Below are positions 38,136 through 50,000 of a stretch of 64,000 bases of DNA, piece by piece (the first letter of the stretch is position 1; every line of letters begins with the position of its first letter). The stretch is taken from assembly GCA_036172245.1 (NCBI GenBank), contig JAYWIR010000010.1:2108001-2172000 (forward strand), written 5' to 3'. A program made the position numbers and the translations under genes. Below the pieces are notes generated by a model. That model searched no databases. It was not told the DNA's origin and saw only the letters and a program-made list of their open reading frames with translations. Source of the DNA: Raillietiella orientalis. Its lineage: Eukaryota.

Positions 38136-40010
38136 TTTTCATATGGTTGCCCCGTGGCGTTCATTTAACGAAAACAAGCCAGTTGGGAACACGCTGGTTC
38201 CCAACTGAAGGCAAAAGAAGTTGGGGGGGAGGGTCCGCGGGGATGTAGGTCGGGACGTCTGAAAGCCCGGAATGGGAATGAAGAAACATCAAATACATAG
38301 AGGGATGTGGGGGGGAAGGCAAGATGGGGCAAGGGTCTTTGTTTCGGTCCTTCTTAAGAAACGAAAAAAAAAATAAAAGCCAGGAAAGATCCAGAGCTAA
38401 ATGGAGTGAGCAATAAAAAAAACACAAGAAATTAAAATAAACAAAAGGCGCGGAGAGGGAACGCCAGTCTTGCCCGTTCCCTCTTCCTAGAACCGGCACT
38501 GCATTCCGATGGAGATCGCCGGAGATGCCTTCACTTATTCCTGGTGAGGTCACCTCGCAGCCGACCCCATGGGAGAGGCTACCGTCACAATGACCTCTCT
38601 TCTCTGAGTCTGAGTCTCGAGCACATGCCGGGCTGTGGCGACGGCGCGGATGGAGCACCTCGTTGCGATTACTGCTCCTGCCGAGAAGAGTCGGCGCAGC
38701 AGCAGATCGCGGACGGTGCCCTCCCAGTGCTGGAGCGCCGAAACCAGCCTCTGCAACAGCTCTTTGAGGGAACAGCGGCCATTCAAGAATTCCTGGAATA
38801 GTTCGGGGATGCAGCTCCCCAGGAAACGAGGTGCCAGCACCGATTGCACCGGAATCCCCAGTGCAGGAACAGCAGCACAGCCTGCCTCAAGCTTTGGGGA
38901 AAGGGTGGATGGGTCACAAGAGTGTTCAGACTCGGGGGAGGGACCCCACGAGTTCCTCGGAGGAGACATTCGGGAGTTCACTCCACCGATGTAGTTTCTT
39001 CGCCCGGGAACGAAGAGTGGCGACGCCCACAGCCGTTCAGGAGTTTCGCCCAGGAGAAGTCCCACAGCGCCGGTAGGCAACCGTCGTCTCTTGTCCTCAG
39101 GGAAGGAAGGCAGCGCTGCATCAAGAGGTTTGGAGGCCAGGGTTCTCAACTTCTTCGGGTCCGGCAGTGCCCCTCGCCATGGATGGCCGAGGAAGAGTCG
39201 CCAGGGACGAAGTTCTGTTGGGCGAATTCCTTGGGGCGCAGTCCGGGACACAATTGTTCTCTGCGTTGGACGTTGAAGCTCGCTGGGCGGCAGGGGATCC
39301 GTGGATAAGGTTCCAGAAGGGAGACGAGTTGTCTCAAGGGGAAGTCAAATCCCGAATCCTGTAATGGGAGCGCTGCAGCAACGAGAGCAGTCCCTCGCTG
39401 CCGGCGCACCGCCGAAGGATGAGGCGTGCTGGCGCACACCAGGAAAAAAGTCCACAGCTTGGAGCAAGGTGCCAGAATTCGGAACGGCACTTGTTCCCCC
39501 TTGATTCTCTTCAGCGTGAGGGGGATGCCTAAGCCGACGCGGAGCCGTCAATTCTTTGAGGCGGCTCCTGGACCTTGCAGGTCCCCAAAAGGCGTTCCTC
39601 GACGGTCGTTGCGCTCGGAGCTTGGCCGAGTAGGGGGTCGGACGGACAAAAAAGCAGGGGGCAGAGGATGGGGGCCACGGAAGCGTCCCGAATCCGCTCC
39701 TGCAAGACGGACATGCCACCGCGGAACGGGCCGAGGGCCACCTCAGCCTTTCGAAGGCGGTTCGACCGCGCTTCGGCAGCGCCGTTGCCGCCCGGTGGAA
39801 CGCCGAGGTACTTGGAGTGCCTGTCCGCGGGGACCCCAAGTGGGTCCAGCCGGACGGCTCCTCCCACGACTCATCCACGGGGACGACCACGCTCTTCTTG
39901 CTCCTGTTGACGCGCTCACCTGCCCGGAGAAGTCCTCGGGCCAGGAAGCCGAGGGGGCGTACGTGGGTAACAAAAGAAGCAGGTCGTTCCTCACAGGAGG
40001 CCACGTGCAC
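38136..40010 (-). mobile_element. 5'-truncated Tx1/L1-like LINE (RT end, C-terminal region, 3' UTR)
   Basis: GERVNRSKKS, HSKYLGVP and FWNLIHGS motifs; T-rich 3' UTR; ends in AATGAACGCCACGGGGCAACCATATGAAAA, matching the family terminus. Confidence 0.75.
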
Positions 40011-40249
40011 GTGACATGGGTAGCAATCGTGACGTGAATCTATCGAAACTCCCTTCTCGAGTTCGAGGGAACCAGGTGGGGTGAATTTTGGGGGTCCTAG
40101 TTTGGCTAAGTTTAGAACCTCCTAAGACCGCCGATTAAGGAATTCCAGAGGATTTGTGGAGATTGAAACGAGGGAGCGAGAGTATCTTTAGGATCGGTCT
40201 GAAGACGACCTCTCGATGGACGCCTCGCCGCTATCGCTCACGTCGTCAC

Positions 40250-41200
40250 ACTTCAGTCGCCATCTTGTCTAAGTGAATATCCCTGAGGATGGTACAAATG
40301 GATCGAAAGTGACGGCAGTCTGTGTTCCCGAGCGAACCATTGTGGGCTTTCGGGATGCAAGCATCCTGTGTAATAAGGACTGTTGGAAGTGCTTCTCTTT
40401 TCTGAGTAGCATCTGTACCGAAGAAGGCCTTCGTCGGAATGTGTCATGCGGTCCCTTGGTTTTTGGATGAGATGACCTCCACATAGTGACTGGTTTCTGG
40501 TCTCGAAGGCTGTGCAAGCCTCGGCAAACTCAGGAGGGATCCGAAACTCTGGGCCCAAAGGGAACTCAAGGAAAGAAGCGTTGGCGCACGGGTTCCAGCT
40601 GGGTCTTTCGTTCCTTATCGGTCAGCAGCGCTTGGAGTCGTCTGGATTTCTCCCGTCCTGCTAGGACACGCATGCTCTCGCGACTCGGGCTTGGCACTTG
40701 GATATGCCTTTCCCTTCCCCGAAGAGAACCGCGAGCGAACTCCCAGAGACGAGGGCCTAGCAGATCTTGGATTCATCTTACCGGAAGATCGAAACGAGCG
40801 GCTCACCAGCGTCAGCTTGCGGAGAGAGAAAGCAGCAGCCCTCCCGGGAACGCCGGCACCGCGAAATCTGCTAACTCTCGGTCCTGCTGCTGTCTGGAGA
40901 GAATTTCACGCAGATGGCTCCCGCGAGGGAGGGAGCGTTCCTCTTTCGGATATCCTGTTCGCGAACACTTTCTGCCGCTCTTCTGTTTTCTCCGCTCTGG
41001 GAGCAAACGTGCGATCGCATCTTCAACACTGTCTTCCAACCAATCCGGGCGAAGAATAAATCACTGTGTTCTTCCAGTTGGCCTGCGCTGCTGCTTCCAG
41101 GGTAGCAGTGGCTGTGCAGCGAGCTAAAAATCGGAGCGAATGAAATTTGGAGCAATCGACGGAGCATCCATCTGGAAAGATCATCGCGTTCCGAAACGAG
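40250..41200 (-). mobile_element. Degenerate Gypsy pol remnant (RT connection - RNase H)
   Basis: Minus frames give RNAPSL, NSLQTAA (FxLxTDAS-like) and RAAAFSLRKLT (PIAFxSRKLT-like) in the correct order. Confidence 0.55.
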
Positions 41201-41749
41201 CTGCTGCTGCTGCTGCTATGAGTGAGAGAACATCTGGAATTATCAGGTTCCCACGTGAAGCCGAGAGCTTTTTTTTTCGTTTTCCCTCTCTTTTTTCCTC
41301 CGCCACCGTTTCGATGACACATGTGTTTGCGAATATCAGCATACCGGCGTCGCACACACACGTGTCACCGGTCCGAACTGCTCGAGCCGGATGTCTTCGC
41401 GGTCTACGACGGCGGCCTGCTCTGCATGTCCACCCAAGAGGTGACCGGCGCTGGGCTGACCCGGCGGCTCCCAGCGTTTTGTCGGTGGTTTACAGCAGCA
41501 AAACGACGATCGGCCCGCGGGGTATTCCGGAAAGTGAATTTCAATTGGTGCAATGCGGAAGGGCAAGGCATCTGCTGGGACAACCTTGAACTCATGGCTA
41601 GCAGCATTCGATCCGTGCGCTTGCTGGAGAGCAGAATTCTCGAACAGTCTCGTCGCTGCACCCCGTTGGGGCAGCTGCCCTTACTGGGAAATGGTCTCGT
41701 GCATTCGACTGCGCTGGTGCCGATCAGAATCTCGAAAGGTCATAAAAAA

Positions 41750-43398
41750 TAAATACAAGCGCCTATCGTACATGTCGATATATACATTTATACATAGATT
41801 CATATACATTCTAAAGAATAAAAAAAATGAATGCATACGTTTATTATATATATACTATGCATATTGATGTATAAGTATATGGATTTATATATACTCTAAA
41901 ATTTATAAAAAATACATACATATTCCTTTTATGTATACTCATATATGTTATATATATATATAAATATATATATAATAAACACATATTAATATATATATAT
42001 AATAAACACATATTAATATATATATATAATAAACACATACATTTATTTTTGTAATCTTCAATATTCACAATATATATCGATACCTATTATTAATTATATC
42101 AATAAACATGCACGTTAAAATAGATTTGTGTATTAGCCTATACATTAATGTGCATGCTAATTTACATATCAGTATACGTATTAAAAATATATGTGTTTAT
42201 TTTTTATATTCTTTGTAATATATATTATTCAATATACACAAATATATATGTGCATATTAATATGTATGTTATATATATATATATATATATAATAGGCTAA
42301 TACACAAATCTATTTTAACGTGCATGTTTATTGATATAATTAATAATAGGTATCAATATATATTGTGAATATTGAAGATTACAAAAATAAATGTATGTGT
42401 TTATTATATATATATATTAATATATGTTTATACGTACAATAGATCCATATGAAATGAATATATAATTATCGAAATATGAACATACATGTTTATAGAAATA
42501 CTATTCGTATTTCCTGAGAACGCATCATTTACTGGGTGTTGGGAATAATGAAAAAATTAATATTTTATTTTTGTTTTTTGTTTTATTTGCTTGCTTTTAT
42601 GTCTCTACTTTGTTGAATTGTCGCCATCACTTTCTATTTTTTTAAATGAGATATTTATAAAACATGTTTTTTATAGTCTTAACTACAAATTTTTATAATA
42701 TATATTAATGAAAATTATTTATTATATCAATAAATATGTACGTTCAAATAACTTTGTATATTAACCTACACATTAACATGTATGCTAATTACATATCAGA
42801 ATACATATTAATACATATAATAAATACATGTGTTTAGTTTTCATATTCTTTGTAATAAACATTACTCCATATACAGATGTGTGTATATTAATATATATAA
42901 CAAACGTATTATTAATGATATGCAAATATATAATAAGCATGTATATGTATTTTTATAATCTTTATAATATATACATTAATCTATTTACCAAAAAATATAT
43001 TTATGGGAAATAAGCACATTATTAATTATATTAATAATAAAGTTAATAATATATAATTAAGAACAATATAATCAGTGATTAATTATGTATTTTAATTGTA
43101 CAATTGATATAAGTAACAATGCGTTTGTTATTATGCATTATGGATTATATTGATAGCATATTTATTATGTATTAATATGCACACTTGCATATAGATCTAT
43201 CAATGTATTACTTATTATATTAATGACATGTATGTCAATTAATATTGATATATATGTGAGAATAATATTACTATTAATAATCCTTACGTAAATAAATATT
43301 AGTGAAATAATATTAATTATACATTAATAGTCAATAAATATCAATGAACATTTATTTTAAAATAAATTTGGGTATTAATCAATGTGTAAATATGTCCG

Positions 43399-43444
<46 letters not shown>

Positions 43445-43520
43445 ATGATCTCTATAATATGCATTAATCTATGCACTAATCTCTATATAAATGTATATAG
43501 TAATGTATCTGATAAGCGTG
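41750..43520. repeat. Extremely AT-rich island with tandem, inverted and diverged direct repeats
   Basis: 27-bp unit AATAAACACATATTAATATATATATAT repeated at ~41974-42037; inverted arms 42003-42141 and 42293-42431; a diverged copy of ~42093-42270 at ~42721-42900. Confidence 0.9.
43402..43441. repeat. (AT)n microsatellite
   Basis: Uninterrupted AT dinucleotide run of about 20 units. Confidence 0.95.
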
Positions 43521-44369
43521 CGCACTTATTTTTAGGATTGTTCGGGACTTTGAACCGCACCTCGCGTGGACGAGTCGGTTGCCATGGCTGGAGCGCACCA
43601 CGCAGTTCGCATGTTGTTGCACGTTGCTGTTCGCATGTTGTGCCAGCCAGCGGCAGATGGCGCTGGAAAGTCTCGCCATGACACTGAAATATGGAGAGCC
43701 TTGAGACTGCACTCGTGTCAAGATCGTGAGCCTTTCCTGGAAAACGTCACCTCCGGAGAACAGCTGGACGTTCCCAGAAAGGAAGTTCTCACATGCTCGG
43801 ATGACACACACCCTTCATCAGCTGATACTTCAGATTAGGCGGTTGCTGCTGGGCGTTCTCTCATCTCACGTCCGTCACCTGCGATTGCAACCCTTCGCAG
43901 TTCGCTGGATGCGCAGGTCGGCATAAAGGAGAGGGGGGGGGGGGAGGAGGAGGAGGAGGAGAATTCCCTTTCCTTTTGCAACGGAAGCTCCACCTCCCCC
44001 GTCGGAATTTCTTCCGTTTTGCGCACAAGCCTCCCGCAGGGCTTATTGGTTCGCTGAGCAGTTCCGTTATGAGGATTCCGCTATCCCTCCAACAACACCT
44101 TTAGCCACGGGCGCTTCCACATTTCGCAATCGCTGTCCGAGTAAATGGGATGAGCTTTCTTTGAACCTCCGTCGCTACCGGTCCGATTTCCATAGTCCCC
44201 CCCCCCCCCCCCCTCTGTGGGCGGAGTTTTTTCTCGGTGGTTCCTTGAAGCTGGTTCGTAAGGCCGGAAAAGGGTGTCGAAGGCTCCCGCCGCCCCGTCT
44301 TCGACTCCGGGACTGGTTCCTTGTTCGAACGTCTTGCTCCCGCTGGACTGCTCCATTCATGAATCCTTG

Positions 44370-45950
44370 GGTTCCCCCGTCTCTACTGGAGCACACGTTC
44401 TCTTGTGCCTCGGATTGCACGGACATCTCGGTCGCCCACATCTGCCGATTCCGCACCCGCTTTCAAGACACCTGCGAGCTCGCTGCAGAGAGGTGTTCTC
44501 GGTGGTTACTCAGCATCGACAGGATCGACTGGCAAGAGGAAGCGAACGGTGCAAGATGGCGGCCAGCCTGGAGTCTGACTGCCGAAACAGAGATAATGAG
44601 TGAATTTCAGTTCATCTCGTGATGTATGTCGGCACCTACGACTTTCTAGCATTTCTCTGAGTTCGTAGAGAGAATTCTCCTTGAGTTTGGGATTTTTGGG
44701 GGGTGGAGGCCTTCAACCTGATCCCAGCTCCTGCTCCATCAAAGCAATTTATCCCTTGTTGCAAGGCTGAGTGGCCGAAGAGGGATTCGCTCATGAACAG
44801 CTCTGGTTTCTTGGGCGATGGGAGGTCTTCAGGAAGCATCAGGATGTGTGACAAGGTCCGCTGATTTGGCCATTCGTCTCAGGGAACCAATCCAAACTCC
44901 TTCCATGCCCGTAGATCACTTTGCCCGGGAGTCCACGCACCCGAGTCACGAAGCAGCTCATGGGAACGAGCCGCCCGGAAGATGCCACTTCCCAGTGGAG
45001 CTCGCAAACGGTTTCTGAGCTGCATCTTATTGGTCAGGATGGCGACCGACTGTGTCCGGACAGTGGACAATCACTCCCACGACTCTTGTCACGCACCTAC
45101 CATCCCTTGCTGTTTCCGAGGCATAGAACTCTCAAGAACTGCGTTCCTACACCCAGCAACGGCATCCTGCATATCTCCTTGGTTCGGCTTGGTTGTCAAA
45201 GTGTCGTCCTCTGGTTTTTCTCCAACCGTTCCTGTACCCACAGCAAGCACGGATTTTCTTTTTTTTGATGCGAACATTCCGGTCACGTGTCCGCCTCGCT
45301 TCCTTTCGTGTGCTTGAAAAAATCATCCCCTGATGTCACGGATGGAGAACGCCCATGGCTCGCATCCAGCATGTCTTTTCTATTGCCCGGATCCCTTGCC
45401 GGTGGAAAGTGCCATCTCCCAGCACCCGAAAAAGAGATTTCCCCTCCGGACCTCTGCTACTCTCTGTTAGAGCGGTCCCTTTGAGTCTCGGTTTGTTCTC
45501 TTCCGGATCGCAGGAGGATCGTGTCTGGAGTCCATCCTTGTCTGCAACTCACCTCAGGCTGAAGAGCATCCGTGGAGGAGCTTTTGACTTTCTCGGATAG
45601 CAGCTGCATCTCTGAGCCTAACGGACGCATCTGCATCTTTTGATTTCGTGGAGCAGGCGACGCGCACGAGCTTCCTGTTTGCCTCCACAATTGGGACCCT
45701 TCCGATAGATGGTAGGAAGATCGGAGGTTGGCAACTGCATCCCGTGCCAAGATGAACCTTTCCTCTGGATTACGTGCCGCATACACGAGTCCAGTTGCAG
45801 GTCGTCTCGACGGTAGCGACGGCGAGTTCTTTCAGCGACCTCACTGCTGACATCCCTTGCTGTCCCTGATCCTCAGGTCCACCCACGTTTTGGCCACGGC
45901 AACGTTCAGCCACGCCCATTCTTCTCGCCAACGTGATCTGACTTTCCAGA
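44370..45950 (-). mobile_element. Degenerate Gypsy pol remnant (RNase H - integrase)
   Basis: SLKELAVA (EKExLA), KDADASVRL (NxxADALSRL), GDMQDAVAGC and GIRLKASTPQKSQTQG (GIxxxxSTPYHPQTNG) in Gypsy order. Confidence 0.75.
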
Positions 45951-46429
45951 GTTCGTTTCATTACAACAGTGGTATTCACTTGGTTCACAGAATTCTCAAC
46001 TTATCCATAAAGCACGCGCCTAACTGCCCAGAGACAAAGGGATACGAAACAGAATCTAAAAAATAAGCAGTACCTCGGTATTCGTCGGTAATTCGTTCCG
46101 GAACTCGTGACGAGTGCCGAAACTGACGAGTACCAAAGAGTTCCTTTCCAGGCTTCGTGGTATCATTTTTAACCATTTTAGGACCCACGATTAATGCTTC
46201 AAAGGCACAGAAAGCACAAAAAAGGAACGATTCGGGAGGAACTCTGTGGAAGTGTTCGGCATTGTCCACGAGGCACCATGAGAAGAAAGCGTTCACAGGT
46301 TCATCGTGAGTGGGGTGTCGAGTTCGAGCATGGGCCGAGTGTCCAAACATTTTGTTTCTCGTCAAAATGCGGCTAGTACTGGGTTTGACGAGTTCCGACA
46401 CCGTCGAGTACCGAAATACCACTGTACTT

Positions 46430-47050
46430 GGATGACTCTTCCGGGTGCCTTTATTTGACGGAGTCCTGTGCTCGCTTGGGTCCCTTCTCGGAGTTGGCAG
46501 AAACCGCAGACCAGCATCGGTGTTCTTTCCAGGGAAGCCATTTAAGGCACGGCTGGGAGCTTCGGGACCTCCACAGGTGTACCTCGGAGGCGGTCATTTC
46601 TTTCTCGGGCACGGAATTCTCATCGAGACTAAGGTGAACCCCAAAAATCATGTGGTGCGCCTTCGAGATCGACAGAGGGCATCGAGATCCAGCAACCGGA
46701 AGTCCTGGTGCTCTTTCTGTGAGGACTATCAGGAAAAAGGGAGAAATTCACGAAGCATAGGAGAACAGCCAATCAGATTCATCCATGAGGCCGCTCGCAA
46801 GAAACGCTTCAACGACAGCAGCAGGTTGCACCGGGACATTCACCAAGAAGGAGGAGGAAGAACCACCAAAGCTGCTGTGGAGCACAAAGAGAGGACGAAG
46901 AGAACAGCTACAGGCTTCCAAAGGATTCTTTGGAAGAGGAGATTTCGAGGCCCCTCGCTGGAGGCCGTGTGGTTGCGGTCTCCGGGCGTGGTGCCAAGAC
47001 ATTGCAGGTTCGAATCCCTCACATGGAGGATCGACGTAAAGGACGGACGC
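46430..47050 (+). mobile_element. Gypsy integrase remnant followed by tRNA-like module
   Basis: SEAVISFSGTEFSS (PxxIISDxGxxFxS-like); GGTTCGAATCCC at 47007-47018 in a context homologous to 26505-26566 and 28130-28197 (both minus strand). Confidence 0.6.
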
Positions 47051-47059
47051 GTTTCGCGA

Positions 47060-50000
47060 CGATCCGCGAACTCCAACGAGTGGTATGTCTTTTCCTATTT
47101 GTGTGGTGAGTGTGGACTCGGCGACGTAATGGCAGAAAGGCCAAAAATCGCCGCTACGGAGGGCGGAGGTGATGCGAAGACTTCACCGTTAATCCTGGTG
47201 GAGGCGGAGGCTGTTGCTTCCAAGAATGAAAGTCCTGGAAATATAAGGACTTAGAGACAAATGGTCTCGGCCGCCATGCCCGTCGCTCAAGAAACGGAGG
47301 CCCAAATGGCCCAGAATAACAGGCCTGCCCTTCTCGACAAGGATAGACCGATTAGGTTTGGCGTCCGTTGCACGTTCCTTCGCGGAGGAATTGCTCAACG
47401 AGAACGTCGGGAAGGGAGACCTCGAAGGACTCTCCGTGGTGAGCGAGGGAGAAGCCATTGAGCTGACCTGTAAAGAGGCAGCCCTCGCTCAGGGACTGCT
47501 AAACATCCGAATAACCATCGAGGGCAAGAGGCTGTACCCTATAATGGCGGACGCTCAGTAGTAATCCACCTGAGAGGTTTACGGTTACGGATGGACGCAC
47601 GTGAAGTCCTCAAGAGTAGTCGACGACGAAGAATAAGCTCAAAGAATAGGCGACAGTTCACGCATACTGAGCCAAGCCAAACTTGTTCTCCGGATATAAG
47701 GGAACTGTTCAGTGGCCTGACTGCTGAATAGTGGCATGCAGCACGCGTGACAGTACACGAAGGGAAGCAGTTTCCCTACCTTATGGAATCGGGGGACTTT
47801 ACGTTGATCTCTGGTTCCCCGGGAAACTAAGGCTATGCAGCCATTGCAATAAAATCGGGCGCCTGAAGAGAAGGTGTCCGGAAATTATTTGCCATGGTTC
47901 CCCATGATTCCTCATGAAGTTTGTGCGCCCGAAAAGACTCGTCTGCGAAGTTCCTGGAGCAAAACCGGAGAAGAGGCAGTGAGAAGAAAAGAGAGGAAGC
48001 AAAGGGAGGAAGGAAAGATTTTCCACCGCAGTCAAACCAGAATTTATTGGAACAAACTTCCAAAAGAGGGGAAGTGGTAATAATGCGAGATAATGCGAGA
48101 TGGCAAGTGGTAACACCAAAAAAGAAAGAGGAAAACTTCCCCCAAACGAAAAAAGTCGCGATAACGCGAAGGCGACCGCTAAGCAACCGCAGCATTGCAA
48201 GGCGATGCTTCAGCAGATTAGCTCAATCGAGGCTGCGATCGAAGAATTCGTGAACGCAGCCATGGGGATCGTAATCGATAGCAACGAAGGTCGTTGCCAC
48301 ACTGCTGCCATCTCTTCGGAGAAGTGGTGACGCCCACGCCTTCGAAAGTAACGCATCTTCCCCCTCCCTCCAAAGGCCGTGATGCGTGCTGTGGAGAGCA
48401 ACCTCAGCATGGCTTCCGACTCCGATCTGGATCAGGTAAGCATCAGCAAGAAGCGGAAGCAACGGAAACCGCCTCAAAGAGTCCCAAGGCCCGGAGGAAG
48501 GTTGTCACAGGTAAAGGAGGCATCAGCTCCAGGAGCCGGGAGGATGCAGATTAGTTCCCGGGAGTCCTCTTCGGAAAGGATCCTTTTCTCCAGAAGAAGA
48601 AAGATGAAGGAGGAGGAGGAGCAGAAGAGAGAGTCGTCCCTCTAACTCCTCCATCGCCGACGACCATCCCGCCTGAGCAATAGGTGGGAACCGTAACAGT
48701 AGTAACGCAGGCGATCGGCTCCTGTCGGGAACTACGCGTAGCCTGTTGGAACGTCAACGGACTGAGTGACGACGGCTGGAGACGGGACGCAACAAGATCG
48801 AGGAGGTGTCCTCGCGACCGTTCGACCTGGTGCTTCTGCAAGAGATCCACAAGATCTCTGCGGAAGAGGAAATTGAAGCGATCGCGGGCGGCAAGCTGGG
48901 TTGCCGATGCGACTCGACGCACTCGTGCGGGTTCGCCTTTTTTGCTGAAACCAACCGTGGAGAGCGCCGTACGAGACCTTCAGTTCGGCGAGGTTAAGGT
49001 CGGACAGGACAGCTTGTTCTCAAGCTTCGTCGTGACGAACATGTACGCACTGAGCGGCTCCAGCACGCGCGGGGTGAGGACCAGATTCTTCGAAACCCTG
49101 AAGCGCGAATGTTTGGTGGAAGCAGGCGCGGGAACTCACCTGATAGAGGGCAATTTCAGCATCCCTCTGCTTTCAGGAAAAGCTACGGTCATATCAACCT
49201 GGTTGACGAGTTGCGCACGGCCACGAGCACATGAAACTTGTTGACTGGGGTCATCGTCATGAAGGGCAGCATCGATCACGTCTTCCTCGATGACCAATTG
49301 CGCTCGCAGGTAGGTTATCGTGGAAAGGCGCCAACGACGTTGTCGGACCACGACCGAATTGAGCTGGAAATACTTCCACGCGGGAAAGGTCCTCCTTCAA
49401 ACGCGTGGGGCGTTCCAAGGGATTGACTCTATCTCCAGGAGGATGCGGAACACTTCTGCAACTTCCTGAGAGATGTAAATGCGCAGCAACTCGAAGACTG
49501 CGACGAGCTGAAGCACTCGGTTCAAGAGTTCTGCACGAGCTTCCCTGCAGACTGCCTCCCGTCGGATTTGGTGAAGGAATGCGCAACAAGCGCGCATCTC
49601 CAAGCTCGGTCTTGCAGAAAAGGCAAGATGTTCGTCGTCTGATCGAGATGAAAGCTGGACTGAGCCGGGCAGTCAAGGACGACCAGCTTAATGGCCGACC
49701 AGGATAAGGAGCGCTCGTCCCCGGCAAAAATAAGGCGCATAGTGCGCCAATTTTACTCCTCCCTGTACGCGAGAGCACCACCGGAACGCGACTTCGAGCA
49801 GATCGAGGGAGCGCCGTCAGGTAGCAACCTGACGGCGCTCCCTCGATCTAGGAGTGGTGAACTCTCTTGAGCGAGCCGTTCACGACCATCGGTCAGCTCA
49901 AGAGGAGGAAAGCACCAGGGATGGACGGCCTGCCAGATGAATTTTACCAATGTTTCGCGCCAGAGCTGATCCCATTGGTGCATCGGATATGCACGCTGAT

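Noticed and set aside
41974..42040. CRISPR-like repeat array
   Set aside because: Head-to-tail AT-rich units with no unique spacers, eukaryotic context, and no cas genes.
46960..47030. Functional tRNA gene
   Set aside because: B-box present but no convincing cloverleaf or acceptor stem; the copies are diverged and TE-embedded.
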